DNA from: Sphyrna mokarran
Lineage: Eukaryota
Length of the DNA stretch: 64,000 nucleotides
Direction: 5' to 3'
Assembly: GCA_024679065.1 (NCBI GenBank)
Contig: JAGIQG010000016.1
Span: 8,556,001-8,620,000, forward strand
Made by a program: the position numbers and the translations under genes. Under the pieces are notes generated by a model that worked only from the letters and a program-made list of their open reading frames with translations, was not told where the DNA came from and searched no databases. Positions 10,730-23,994 of this stretch are shown here, in pieces (the stretch's first letter is position 1; each line of letters opens with the position of its first letter).

Positions 10730-13600
10730 GGAGGTGGAGGTGAACAATGACTAGTCCTGGTACATATCAGTACAAATGACACAGACAGAAACAAAAAGTG
10801 AGCTTAAAAACTTAGTTGGGAAGAAAGTTGAGAGGTCAGAACGCAAGGGTAGAGATCTCAGGATTACGACCAGCGTCATGTGCTAATTAAATTAGAAATT
10901 GTAGGACATGACAGATGAAGAGATGATGTGAAGTGGAGGATACCAGATTTCTGTGACTTTGGGACTGCTTATGGGAATACTGCAAACTGAACAGATTACA
11001 TGTGGTCAGGACCAGGTCTGACGTCGTCTGGATCATATTTCGAGGTGTAATTGAGATCGAGTTAACTTAAAATGGCAGCAGAGTGGGAACCTATGCCAGG
11101 AGTCAGTCGAGAGAGAATCAAAGACAAAAAGCAAAGTCAGAAAGAGAAAGAAAAACAGTAAAAACAGAGAAACTAAACGCCAAATCAAACAAACTTCAGT
11201 AAAAATAATGGGAACAGGACCAATAATTTACATAACGTTCTCTTTGAAGGCTTTGTGCGTTAATACACGTTACTTTTATAATACAATTTGATGGATGAAC
11301 AGGTATGATGTAGTCAGGATTTTGGGAATGTGGCTATAAAATGACCAAGGATGGAAAGTGATCATCCAAGTATATTTGGAAATATAAAAAAAAACTGTCT
11401 GGTTGCACTGCTGCTGGAGGATGAATTTTTCATCATAGTAAGGAACGATATTACCTCTAAAAATGTGGAACTTATATGGTAGTGCTATGAAGCACCAAAG
11501 ATCAAAAGTGTTAGTGAGTATTGTACACCAATCCCCAAGCTGCCGTTGTGATGCTGGTAATGACGTTAATCCGGAAATTAGAGATGCATGCACAGAATCA
11601 ATATCTGAAATTATGGGTGCTTTTAATCTGCAAATACATTGTGCAAAACAAATTAACGACAGTACTATAGGTGAGGAATTTCTGCAGTGTATACATGATA
11701 ATTTTCTAGACCAATACGTAATGGAACCTATTGAAGAGTAGGCAATAAAAGACTTGGCATTATGTAGTGAGGAATGAAAGTTTGGTGATCTATTTATGCA
11801 AAAGCCTTTTAAGGATGAACAATCATTACATGATGGATTTTTTTTAAGAGGATGGATTGTGATTCTGAGACAATGGTAATAAAGGAAACTGATGATGTGA
11901 GGTGTGATTTGGCTATAATGGGTTTGGAAACGTTACTTAAAACTAACGCCATAGCAAACATTCAGACAACTTGTGGGTGAATTGAAACAATTCGCAAAAG
12001 TCAAAGCGGAAAAATAGCCAAAGCATCGTTATAGTTTACATTGCATCCGAGGAAGAAGTATTATAATTGGTGAAGAAAAAGCGGCAAACCTGAGTATTGG
12101 AAACAGTTTAGAATTCAGCAAAGGAGGGCAAAAAGAACGATTACAAATGAAAGAAAAAAAAAAAGAGCATGGAGCAAGTTTGCAGGAAAAGTAAAAGCTA
12201 ACCGTGAAATTTCCTAATAGGTATTTGAAGAAAATAACAAGCCTGATGAAGATTGATGAAGCCTTACAATGAGAAATATGAGATTTTATACATTAATGGA
12301 TGACCATCTGAATGCATACTTTGGTTCTGCCATCACAATAGAGGTCACAGATAAGATACCAGAAACGGTGGGATGAACAGGGCTTCATTGGGTAGGAGAA
12401 ACTGAAGGAGATTAACATTCGTCAAGAAATGGTGAAGAACAAACTGATGGGGCTGAAGGCCAATACATCGCCAGGGCCTATTAATCTACGGCTGAGAATA
12501 AGTAACAAAGTGGCTCCGAAAATCTCTGAATGCATTATTATTCATTTTTAATAAAAAATCATTTTTAAATATTCTATACACTGTGGAACGAATCCTTAAG
12601 ATTGTAAATTAGCCAACGTAACCTCACTATTTTAGAAGTAAGGTAAGAAAAGAGATAAGGAATTATAAACCAGTAAGACTGATAAGATAATGGGGGAGGG
12701 GGGGAGAGTCTAGAATCGGTTACTGGTTATAAACCAGTAAGACTGATAAGATAATGGGGGGGGGGAGTATAGAATCGATTATCAAAGAATTTTTTCAAAG
12801 CACATGAAATACAGTGCTGGAATTGGATACAGTCGGCATGGATGCGTGACAAAGGAAGCAATACTTGACAAATTTGCGAGAGTTCTATGAGGATTTAACT
12901 AGCAGAGATGATGAAGGGGAACCATTGGTTGTAATTGATTTGGACTTGCAGGAGTTTTTCAACATATTACACGTCAGAGATTAGTAGGCAACTTTAAAGC
13001 ACATGTGATTGAGTGCAACTTTTTTTTGAGATGGACAGAAAACTATTCGGCAGACAGGGATCAAAGAGTCGGAAAAAATGGGTATTTTTTTTTTAAGTGG
13101 CTAGCAGTGGCTAGTGTATTAATACAGGATTTAATGCTGGAAGCCCAGCTATGCACTATATGCATTTATGATTAGAAGCGGGAAGTAAATGTAATATTTC
13201 CATCTTTTCAGATTGGGCCACATGCTAGATGGTAGGGTGAGCTTTGAGAAGGATACAGAAAAACCTCAAGTGTAATTTGCTCTTTGAGTAATCAAATTGA
13301 ATGCAGACGCAGTACAATTTGAATAAATGTAAGGTCACTCTCCTCGGTAGCTAAAACTGTTTGAACAATTATTACCCAAATGCCCAAAATTGGAAGAGCA
13401 GAAAATTAAATGAAACATGCCATCATGCATTAGTCATTGAAGATAAGCATGCATGTGCAGCAGGCAGTGAAACAAAATGTAAATGCTATGTGAGTCTACA
13501 TAGCATACGATTAAGAGAGGAGTTAAATTAATTCAAAAAGCCTATGAAACATCATATTATCATGGCACATTTTGAACATTATATTGGATTTTTAGGGCCT
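10730..13600 (+). mobile_element. Old, decayed CR1 LINE (endonuclease to RT region), with a small internal duplication at about 12663-12779
   Basis: Remnant motifs IMGAFN...FLQCIHDNFLDQYVMEP, cgccagggcct, aacgtaacctcactattt, aattataaaccagtaag, cggcatggat, ttggacttgca; many stops and frameshifts. Confidence 0.75.
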
Positions 13601-13732
13601 ATGGGATTATTAAATAATAATTATGTATTTTGTACACTACCGGATTCCAATTACACCTCATTCACGAAGGCATCATCTTTTCAAGGGTTTTTAAGTAAGA
13701 TTCATAGATGTGGAAGCTTACAACAAATCAAA

Positions 13733-14036
13733 GGGCAGGACGGTGGCGCTACTGCCTCATAGTGCTAGGGACACATCTTAATTCCCGGCTTGTATGACTT
13801 TGAGGAGTGCACACATTGTCCCAATGTCGGCGTGGGTTTCTTCTGGGTAGTCCCATTTCCTCCCACTGTCCAAAGATGTGCGGGTTAGGTGCAATGCCCA
13901 TGCTAAATTGTCCCTTAGCCAGGGGAATTAGCTTGGGTAAATGCATGGGGTTATTGAGATAGGGTCTGGATGGTATTGTGGTCGATGCTGACTCGATGGA
14001 TCGAAATGCTTCCGTCTGCACTGTAGGATTCTATGA
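13733..14036 (+). mobile_element. HE1/V-type SINE
   Basis: tRNA-like head gggcaggacggtggcgc..ctgcctcatagtgc, core ggtttc..ctgggt..tttcctcccactgtccaaagatgtgcgggttagg, CR1-like tail ctgtaggattctatga. Confidence 0.8.
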
Positions 14037-14120
14037 CTGTGGTGTCAAGTGCTATTTATCAGACTGAGGCAATATTCTTACTTGTGAATAATTCATGCAT
14101 TGGATTTGGACCACACTTAC

Positions 14121-14147
14121 CTAGAAGTTTGGAACGGGTATCAGCTG
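14121..14147 (-). CDS. 27-nt microexon (A)ADTRSKLL (NAGNAG acceptor could give 24 nt)
   Basis: gtccaactcag|CAGCTGATACCCGTTCCAAACTTCTAG|gtaagt; phase 1-1. Confidence 0.75.
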   Translation of the reverse strand, partial: QLIPVPNF

Positions 14148-15537
14148 CTGAGTTGGACATCAATAGAAAAAAAAATCCGTCAGAAACTAAATTGATGCAA
14201 TTTAAACAAACAACACCTCACTTTATTCTCCTGTTCTCTTGGCCAATGCAGGATTTTCCGAGAGGAGTTCAGCAAATTAGATGAACAGATTTCCATTTCC
14301 TTGAGCCCACACTTCCAATTTTGGACTTGTGCATCTGCAAACGTGGATGTTTGGTTTAAATAAGGAAATGTTAGTGCCAGCTAATATATGGTATTCGAAT
14401 TTCAGCCGCATTTGATAGTATAGATGTAATTGAACATAAGACGCTCTTTGTTGCACTCCAATTTGTTGGTTTCCACTTGCTAAGTGTTGTCCCAGAGCGA
14501 CCTTTGAAGACTAAGGTTTTCTAATGTGCTGGCCTATGGTTTGAGGATTATGGGGCAGTGGCTGCAGAAGTGAAGGGGTGGAAGCGTCATTTTCCAAGGC
14601 CCTCCAAGCATAGAATATGGAGAAACTTCTCATTGTGCATAACCCGCTGCCATTGTGTGCCCGATCTGTTGTAAATACCAGGAGTTTTGCTACTGCAATG
14701 CATGGTATACTTTCTATAACTAAATTTAATTACACTTTCTTTGATCTGCAATTTCAATTCAACTGTCGTCCAGCTGCGTTCCAGGCACACAGTTTGAACT
14801 GTATATGCCAATGCTTTTAATACTGGAAACGGGCTCTGTTCCTGCACTGCAGTATATACTGTCCTAGTGTCTCAATTTGAGGCTCTGGCTTTGGATTATT
14901 ACAAGGGAATGTGGATCAAGGAACAGCCTTTGAAAAGTTGGAAACACTCCTAGTCTACAATTCTTAGCTATGGAAACAGCCAAAACACTGTCATGGTGTT
15001 CGATTAAGTTACGTCAGAGAATTGGAATCCAAGAGTTATTTTTGGAGACAAGCACGTTTTTGTAACCTGCATGCTGAAGGAAAATAAATGGAAAGACATA
15101 ACCTCCAGTTGTTCAGGAGTCTGAGACGAACACAGTTGAAAAAGAGTTACATTGTATCAACATCAGCGGGAACTCAGAAGAAAAGATTAACAACAGATGG
15201 TCAAAATGGACAATGTGTTGTTACTCTATGAAGAAGTGGGAGATTTTTTTCGCACACTTGAGAGAAAATAGCACGTTTAGAAACATACGGGAAATATGGT
15301 ATTGTATCCAGATTGGTGAGATGCGAATGATTGTCTGGAAGTTCGTGCAGACTATGTAACAGTGAGCAAGTGAATTTTCCGTCAGGAGTGAAAAAAATGG
15401 AATACATTGTCTCATGCAATTTTGAGGATGCCATCCTCAAGACAATTTAGGGCTGATTTGCAGCGATGGCAGTAAACACAGTGAGAAGTTTCACAACACC
15501 AGGTTAAAGTCCAACAGGTTTAGTTGGTAGCAAATAC

Positions 15538-15572
15538 CACTAGCTTTCGGAGCGCTGCTCCTTCATCAGGTG
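15538..15572 (-). ncRNA. Minimal type I hammerhead ribozyme motif in the Penelope terminal repeat
   Basis: CAC-CTGATGA-A-GGAGC(AGC)GCTCC-GAAA-GC-TA-GTG: conserved core, 5-bp stem II, CAC/GTG stem I, palindromic AGCT stem III. Confidence 0.8.
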
Positions 15573-16723
15573 AATGGGGAGTTCTGATCACAAACAGGGC
15601 ATATAAAGGCACACACTCAATTTACAGAATACAGATTACTGTACCTTGAAGCATAGGCTCGACAAGGCATCTTCACTGCACAGGAACTTTAACCGATCCT
15701 TTACAGTAGATAAACCGATGACATGTTCTTCCTTTGGACTCATGTTGAACAATCATTGAAACAAGAGTATGTACCATGCACCTCGTGGATGGTATTCCCA
15801 CGTGAGATGACGGCATCCGTGTCGAAGATTCGGCACGACTTGCAAAGGTTGCTGTGGCAGGGTTGTTTAGTGTCGTGGCCACAGTTCTCCTGAAGGCTGG
15901 ATAATTAGATGCAGACAATGGTCTGTTTGAGGTTGTGTGGTTGTTGAAGGCAAGAAGTGGGTATGTGGGGATGGTCTTGACGAAATGTTCGTCTTCATCA
16001 GTGACATGTTGAAAATTTCAGAGAAGATGTTATGACTTCTCAGTTCCAGGGAAATACAGGGCAATGAGTTGTGTCCCTTGTTTGAATATTATAATATCAA
16101 CAAGCTCCATCCCACCATGACTAACCATGGGCTATTCTCCGGAATCAGTTGTATTCTTGGACACAAACATCTATATTAAGGACAATCACCTCGGCACCTC
16201 AGTGTACCGCAAGCCCACGAATAACCTCAGGATGCTCCATATTCCAGCTTCCACCCTAAACACGTTAAAGAAGCCATTCCCTTATGGACAAGCCCTCCAT
16301 ATACACAGATCTGCTCAGGTGAGGACAATCGCAACAGACGCCTTCAGACGCTGAAACATGCCCTCATAAGAACAGGGTAGGACTTTCAACTCATGAATCG
16401 ACAGTTCTGACGTGTCACAGCGAAAAGCCGCACTGACCTCCACAGAAGACAAACATAGGACACAGTAGACAGAGTACCCTTCATCGTCCAGTATTTCCCT
16501 GGAACTGAGAATCCACGACATCTTCTCTGGAGTCTTCAACATGTCACTGATGAAGACGAACATCTCGTCAGGACCATCCCCACACCTCCACTTCTTGCCT
16601 TCAACAACACACAACCTCAAACAGACAGTTGCCTACAGCAAATTACCCGGACTTCAGGAGAACAGTGGCCACAACACCACACAACCCTGCCACAGCAACC
16701 TTTGCAAGACATGCCGAATCTTC

Positions 16724-17371
16724 GACATAGAACATAGAACATTACAGCACAGAACAGGCCCTTCGGCCTTCGATGTTGCGCCGACCAATATAAAAAGCAA
16801 TGCCCCTCCAAACTAAACCATTCCCTTCTCTTCCATATACTTATCAACTAACCTCTTAAACGCCACCAAACTTGGCGCATCTACAACTGCTGCAGGCAGG
16901 GCATTCCACTCCCGAACCACCCTTTGGGTAAAGAACCTACCTCTGATATCCGTCCTATAACTATCACCCCTTAATTTAAAGCTGTGTCCCCTCGTGCTAG
17001 CTTTCTCCATCCTAGGAAAAAGGCTATCACTGTCCACCCTATCTAAACCTCTAATCATCTTATATGTTTCAATAAGGTCTCCTCTTAGCCGCCTTCTTTC
17101 TAACGAAAACAACCTCAAATCCCTCAGCCTCTCTTCATAAGACCTGCCCTCCATACCAGGCAACATCCTGGTAAACCTCCTCTGTACCCTCTCCAATGCC
17201 TCCACATCTTTCTTATAATGTGGGGACCAGAACTGCACACAATACTCCAAGTGCGGCCGCACTAGAGTTTTGTACAGTTGCAACATGACGTTGCGGCTCC
17301 GAAATTCAATCCCCCTACCAATAAAAGCTAAGACTCCATATGCCTTCTTAACAACCTTCTCGACTTGACTG
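16724..17371 (-). mobile_element. Young 5'-truncated CR1 LINE nested in the Penelope element
   Basis: Open ORF2 C-terminus (LYKTLVRPHLEYCVQFWSP...RGHSFKL...FFTQRVVREWNALP) and (ttctatg)n tail; near-identical to 45950-46600. Confidence 0.95.
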
Positions 17372-17951
17372 TCATCATCTCATGTGAGAATACCATCCAC
17401 GAGGTACATGGTATATACTCTTTTAACTTGGCCAACACTGTCTACCTGATACACTGCAGGAAAGGATGTCCCGAGGCATGTTACATTGGGAAGACCATGC
17501 AGAGCTAAAACAATGGATGAATGAACACCAATCGAAAATCACCAGGCAAGATTGTTCTCTATCTGTTGGCGAACACTTCAGCAGTCACGGGCATTCGGAC
17601 TCCGATCTTCGGGTAAACGTTCTCCATGATGGCCTTCACAACATACGACAGCGCAGAGTCGCTGAGCAGAAACTGATAGCCAAGTTCCGCACACAAGAGA
17701 ACGGTCTCCACTGGGATCTTGGGTTCATGTCGCATTATTTGTAAGCCCCATGACTTGCCTGCGCTTGCGACATCTCACTTACTACCCTGTCTGGAGATAA
17801 GACACATCTCTTTAACCTATGCTTAATGCCAACTCCAGTCACATTGTCCGCACCTTTAAGACTTGATTATGTATAATTCGCATGCTGGTCTTTATTCTGT
17901 AAACTGAGCGTGTGCCTTTTTATGCCCTATTTGTTCTCAGAACTCCCCACT

Positions 17952-17986
17952 CACCTGACGAAGGAGCAGCAGTCCGAAAGGTAGTC
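17952..17986 (+). ncRNA. Degenerate hammerhead motif in the Penelope terminal repeat
   Basis: CAC-CTGACGA-A-GGAGC(AGC)AGTCC-GAAA-GG-TA-GTC; core intact, stems mutated. Confidence 0.55.
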
Positions 17987-18499
17987 GTGTTTCATATCAA
18001 ATAAATCTGTTGGACTTTAACCTGGTGTTGTGGGAATCCTTACTGTGGACTGTGAGGCAGCAGTGTCAACCACTCTGCCACCATGCCGCCTGGTTATATG
18101 AGCATGGGTTTGATCAATTAGGAGTGAGAATATTGAACCAAAGGATAAAGAATGTTAATGTATCGACGAATGAAAATAACTATGAAAAGTAGCTATCACC
18201 CAAATCAGATAGATCGAGTCCATTTTGAGAAACTCAAACTCAGTTCTGCTCAGTTGTGAACTCCTTGACGACCAATAGTTAACCTAAGAGCGGCTCTTTT
18301 CATGTCGTTGGACGCATCAAGTCCCACTGGACATCTGGACGTGAAACTGGGAAATTTCCCGTGTATACACTTTCACTGTCTGTCCGTGGACAATGTTAAT
18401 AAAGGTTCCGAGCACCTATTGTCTTATTACCGCTGTTTCAAAATTCACTCTGATGATGATTCATTGAATGTAACTCCGTAATACACGTTTTTTTTCCAA

Positions 18500-18900
18500 G
18501 ATGCTATTACATCAACAAACTCGTATCAGCACCCGACCCTCACGTAACTCTGTGCGACTTCAGATTTTTTTATCCAGCAGCATTAATTAGATGGCGATAT
18601 TATGCCAATCTTTGAATGGCTTGGAGAGCAACTTGGAGACGACTTTTCCTCCCTGGGTACCTGGTGCTTTTGCCCTCCCAGATACGTGTGTCTTATCACA
18701 GTGCATCGTGCAGATGTCCACAATTCTGCCATTGTGCACTGATGCTGACGGCAGTGAATATTTATGGATAGGTTTCGAATCAAACAACTAGCTTTCTCAT
18801 GGACTGTTTCGAGCTTATGGATATTCTTGGAGCTGCAGTCATCCATCCAATAGCAGAACATTCCACCAAATGGTTGTGGACAGACGTTTGGATGTCAGAA
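18500..18900 (-). mobile_element. Old CR1/L2-like fragment (approximate)
   Basis: Decayed ORF2 C-terminal peptide on minus (WMDDCSS..IHKLETVHEKASCLI...INIHCRQHQCTMA). Confidence 0.5.
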
Positions 18901-19156
18901 CGTAAGTTATTTGCAACAATACTCAGCTTTGCTCAGGCATCGAAAACAGATAAGTGTATACAGTGGATATCTGTAAACAGATATTCACAGTATACAGTTA
19001 AGTTTCTTATTAATTGAAAAGTCCAGTATTTTGAAACGAATCGAATGTATAATGATCAGTACTTTGCTTGTTTAATGATGGAGCATGCTCGAGAAGCTGG
19101 CTGTTTTATCCTCTTCTTCACTTAATTCTGTGTTTTACTGATGATTTTAAACTAAC

Positions 19157-19192
19157 CTTTATCTTTACCCGCGTCCTTCAGCTTCTGGAGTT
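19157..19192 (-). CDS. 36-nt microexon (K)LQKLKDAGKDK
   Basis: ggtttcttcgttag|AACTCCAGAAGCTGAAGGACGCGGGTAAAGATAAAG|gttagt; phase 1-1. Confidence 0.82.
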
Positions 19193-19884
19193 CTAACGAA
19201 GAAACCATGGACAAATCACTAGGTGCGGGTGTACAGCAGATTAGAATAACTATTCTGTCCTATACTTCGTACAAAATTAAAGCTTAGTCTTTGTAAAAGA
19301 AATGCATCAGTCTTTTTTTTTGTTTAATTACCCAAGATTGTTTCTTCCAAATCTTTTTCTAAAGAAGGAAGAACAAAATTTTATTCGACCTGCACAATAA
19401 GCATTACTCATCTGCTCGTCGTGCGTGACAGCTAATCAAAAAAAAAAATCAAACACAACTCATAACCTGATGCAGGATCAAATTTGCACAATGTATGAAT
19501 TAAGTGTAACTTCAAGCTTCATGAGCGATTTTGGTTATCTGAATGCCTTGGTTAGATAGCAGAGAAAAATATATAGATCTTGAACCCAAATATTTTGCTG
19601 ATAGAACATTTCGAACTCCCTGTACTATTCGAGGTGACATACATGAGACAACATTCAGGAGCTACATATGCACATTTCCGATTTTCATGCAGATTGGGTC
19701 AAATGCATTAAACACAGAAACACATTCTCCTCTCGATATTAGAATCAGAGATCTCGATACCTCCACATAGAGTGTTCTGGGGAATTAGTTAACACTGTAT
19801 CCAGGTTTGTCTTCCATTTTACCTGATAAGTCAATCTGTAATTTTAAAATATCTCACATCGTTCGCTATTTATTTTATGTACAC

Positions 19885-20095
19885 ATTGAGTCACCAAGGC
19901 ACGTAAGCTAGACTGGAGTCAGGCCAGTGAATGTCTTTAAGACAGAGATAGGTAGGTTCTTGAATAATAAAGGGTTCAGGGGTTATGGTGAAAAGACAGG
20001 AGAATAGGGATGAGAAGAAAGAAACAACCATGATTGAATGGCAGAACAGACTCGATGGGCCGAGTAGTCTAATTCTGTTGCTATATCTTATAGGA
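19885..20095 (+). mobile_element. CR1-type 3' end fragment
   Basis: tttaagacagagataggtagg..aagggt..ggggttatgg..ccatgattgaatggcag..ctcgatgggccga..tatatcttat. Confidence 0.7.
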
Positions 20096-20735
20096 AAAAA
20101 AAACTGCACACAATTCTTCTCTGGGCACATCTAGCTCAGTTTTGCTCTCATTATCATGAACAATGTTCATGCCTGCATGTATTGCTGAAAACACACGTGG
20201 ATTTGTGCAAATACATATGGGCTGAAACTCACAATTTGTGACTCGAGGCGTCAATTAGTGCGCCAAATCAGTTTAAAATAATAATATCTAATTGAAGCGA
20301 GTGACAGCACCAATATGCAAGAGGCTGTTCACCATGGAAAACTGATTGAAACGTGTTGCTTCTTTGCATTAGATTTTGTTTTGAGCTGTTACTTCCAAAG
20401 ATTATGATTATCTATAGGGGAATATACTCAAAGCAGGTGTTTTCCTGCAGGGTAACATTAGATCTATGTTCACCCAAATGATATACCAGCTAAATAAAGC
20501 AGCAGATACCCTTCCCCTACCGCCCCCACCATCTCTCCCCCCCACAAAAAAAACAGTAGTGAAACAGTTCGGCTGGATCAATGATGAACATTGGTTCCAT
20601 GCTCACTATCACTGTGTCAGATTTCACCTTCAAAACGGAACAATTTACTTGAAATCTCTGAACGTCTGGAATCCTTGTCCAGTGACACTATCAAGTCCCG
20701 CCCCCCCTCCCGCTATTCCAACACGCGTTACTTAC

Positions 20736-20762
20736 TGCATTTTGCGTTGATGGTTTCAAGTT
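20736..20762 (-). CDS. 27-nt microexon (E)LETINAKC
   Basis: ttttgcattctacatgtag|AACTTGAAACCATCAACGCAAAATGCA|gtaagt; phase 1-1. Confidence 0.82.
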
Positions 20763-22025
20763 CTACATGTAGAATGCAAAGTTAAAATTACAGTCAAAAT
20801 TATACTGGTTGATAATATAACACATACCGCTAATTTGCCTATATATGTGGACCCTCAGAGCTTAATTAAGTGAAGATGCAACACATCAGTGCTATTTATT
20901 ACTTAAGACTGCCCAAGTAACGTCTGAATGCCTATATCTAGAAGTTATGCTGTTACAACTGCATGCCATGCTACAATAGTGGGTATCAAATGATCGATTG
21001 ACACAACTTTTCCAACTGTGTTCCAGCCTCCCTTATCTGTATGACATCTGCAACTCTGACAGGTCGCATCTCCCGTGAGATCTTTTCACTCATTGTTCGC
21101 TTGTACTCAAAGCTCCACACTGCCATCTCAATGACATTCAAAATGTCATTGTCTCCCCAATTTTCATGTTGTCACGTAGTTCTAGCATTGATACCTTCGA
21201 CTTCACTCTGAAATCTGCCATGACTTCAAGATCTGACATCCAGTGCCCGTTAACTCTCCTTCATATTACATTCTGAGGTGCATTCTTTCCACACTGGACA
21301 GTGTTATAAAACAACGATTCTTTTTCTTATAGTAAATAAGAACAAAATCATTCTGCTTCGTGATATTTTGCAAATGTATGGATCAGTAAGAATTAGCATG
21401 ATGGATAATTGTGTCGTCTGGAGGAGAGGGATTGCTGAGGGTGTTTCCTTAATTTTAATTTGCGAATAAATAATGTTCTATACACTTGAGTAGATGATTC
21501 TATTCACAGTGTATGATGGGCCAACGAAACATGCTCTGGATTGAATTTGATCTCTGGAGTCGTCTCAAGCCAGAGATATTTTTAGGTGTGGTCGTTTTTT
21601 TTTGTCTATGTGTTTATGGAACACCACGTTTTGTGTAATGTATTTCAAGCGATGCTGGAGCAGTTTACTCTTCAGGGAAATTGTCATACCTCAATACTTC
21701 ACTGTGATATTTCGTACAATTTCTGGTCACAAATGAATATTGCTTGTGTCTTTTTTCCCTACTCAAATCAAAAGTGGTCAAAGTCTAACTCTGAGATTTG
21801 TAATAACTTATGAAGTGATAATTATAATTTTGGAACAGTGTATTGCAGGCTGTATAGAGTAGGGTGTTCTGAACTTTATAAATCTTTCAGTTTCTTTAGC
21901 CTGCTTGCACGTTTACACAAAATCCAGTATTATTCAAGCATCCAGATAATTAACCAAATCATTTTGCGCCAGCAAATACAATAGAAAATAAAAGGAAATA
22001 GTAAGCACACATTGTGGAATCTTAC

Positions 22026-22052
22026 CAATCGTTTTTTGTCGTAACTGTTCCT
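22026..22052 (-). CDS. 27-nt microexon (E)EQLRQKTI
   Basis: tcttcctactcttatag|AGGAACAGTTACGACAAAAAACGATTG|gtaaga; phase 1-1. Confidence 0.85.
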
Positions 22053-23037
22053 CTATAAGAGTAGGAAGACTTTTCATTGGTTGTTGGAAACGAATCAGAA
22101 AAATACAACGTCCAAATCCAAATTTACCGAGGCAATGCATGATCCTGCATGCCGTTATTTTATAATTCTGAAGTATTCCATTTCTATGCTTTCCGGCAAT
22201 TCAAAGTCAATAGATATTCCATCTGGAACGAGGATAAAATTTCGAGATTTTACCAAGTGCATCAATAGAAACGTGACATTTTATAGACTAAGAAGAAACA
22301 GTTTTGAGTTACAGGATGATCCCATACTTAAAAGGAATAAAAAACGGATAGATTTGGGATGATTGATATAAGTCCAAAAAATATTGGGCATGGGCTTGAA
22401 TAGATCTATAGTGCGCCCGCAATGGATTGAATCATGCGTCTCTATCAATGAAATGCATTATTTCTATATTGCCGAATGCTGTCACCTAGCAGTGAGTTTT
22501 CTGACGAAACCTCGACAAAACCATTCCTCGACGTCAAGTTTACCCTTGGAATGTATTTGCAATTGTCTTTGAAAACACATATCGTTAGACTAGGACACAA
22601 TTCTAAGCCTTGGTACTACTTAACCGTTCCGTGGTGTTTTCAGCGTTGCTCAGCTACGTTCTAAGTGCTCGAATTGATTACTTAACAGCCAACTCAAATT
22701 ACAAACCAAACCTGTCAATCTATGTGCCATTAATCGATCAGCCTGATCAACGTTTTGATCAGCTGCAAAATTTAGGAACCATTTTTGTGAAGTATGATTC
22801 CTGACATCATCCTTGAGCAAAGTAATTGAATTCTCAACTTCTCAAATTCGCGATCTGACCCCACATGTAACAATATTTCTTCAACTGCTGGAGAAAATAT
22901 TTTATCAAATGCACGCTTATCTTCAGCATTCAAAGCAATATAATAGAGCCATGTTTAATCGCTGCTGCTCATTTCAACCTTTATTTGGATGATTCCGAAT
23001 TGCACTTAAGAGAAGTCTTCTATATTTTCGTTATGAT

Positions 23038-23994
23038 GTGATGGACACACGCATCTCCATCAAGGACGGTCACCTCAGCACCTCACTGTACCGCAAACCG
23101 ACAGACAACCTCACAATGCTCCACTTCTCCAGCTTCCACCCTAGACACGTTAAAGAAGCCATTCCCTATGGACAAGCCCTCCGTATACACAGAATTTGCT
23201 CAGATGAGGAGGATCGTGACAGACACCTCCAGACACTGAAGGATGCACTCGTGAGAACAGGATATGGCGCTCGACTCATCGATCGACAGTTCCAACGTGC
23301 CACAACGATAAACCGCACTGATCTCCTCAGAAGACGAACACGGGACACGGTGGACAGAGTACCCTTTGTTGTCCAGTACTTCCCCGGAGCGGAGAAGCTA
23401 CGACATCTTCTCCGGAGTCTTCAACATATCATTGATGACGATGAACATCTCGCTAGGGCCATCCCCACCCCCCCACTTCTTGCTTTCAGACAACCGCACA
23501 ACCTCAAACAGATCATTGTTCGCAGCAAACTACCCAACCTTCAGGAGAACAGTGACCACAATACCACACAACCCTGCCACAGCAACCTCTGCAAGACATG
23601 CCGGATCATAGACATGGACGACATCATCAAACGTGAGGATACCATTCACCAGGTGCACGGTACATACTCTTGCAACTCGGCCAACGTTGTCTACCTAATA
23701 CGTTGCAAGAAAGGATGTCCCGAAGCATGGTATATTGGGGAGACCATGCAGACACTACGACAGCGGATGAATGAGCATCGCTCAACAATCACCAGGCAAA
23801 ACAGTTCCCTTCCTGTGGGCGAACACTTCAGCAGTCATGGGCATTCGGCCTCCGACCTGCGGGTAAATGTTCTTCAAGGGGGCTTTCGTGATACACGACA
23901 GCGCAGAGTCGCTGAACAGAGACTGATAGCCAAGCTCCGCACACATGAGGACGGTCTTAACAGGGATCTTGGCTTCATGACACACTATCTGTAA
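23038..23994 (+). CDS. Penelope ORF C-terminal part: RT thumb, Cys-rich linker and GIY-YIG endonuclease (5'-truncated, apparent start is a junction artefact)
   Basis: TSLYRKPTD..LHFSSFHP..AIPYGQALRIHRICS; PCHSNLCKTC; NVVYLIRC..WYIGET..LRQRMNEH; VGEHF; GLNRD. Confidence 0.9.
   Translation: MMDTRISIKDGHLSTSLYRKPTDNLTMLHFSSFHPRHVKEAIPYGQALRIHRICSDEEDRDRHLQTLKDALVRTGYGARLIDRQFQRATTINRTDLLRRRTRDTVDRVPFVVQYFPGAEKLRHLLRSLQHIIDDDEHLARAIPTPPLLAFRQPHNLKQIIVRSKLPNLQENSDHNTTQPCHSNLCKTCRIIDMDDIIKREDTIHQVHGTYSCNSANVVYLIRCKKGCPEAWYIGETMQTLRQRMNEHRSTITRQNSSLPVGEHFSSHGHSASDLRVNVLQGGFRDTRQRRVAEQRLIAKLRTHEDGLNRDLGFMTHYL

Larger units (their letters stand above)
15477..18047. mobile_element. Penelope-like element with inverted terminal arms: minus arm ~15477-16080, plus body ~16090-18047, interrupted by a CR1
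   Basis: The ends are inverted copies (cacagtgagaagtttcacaacacc vs ggtgttgtgggaatccttactgtg). Frameshifted RT-thumb/GIY-YIG remnants (VFLDT..IKD.HL.TSVYRKPT; VGEHFSSHGHS..EQKLIAKFRT) are homologous to 23038-23994. Confidence 0.88.
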
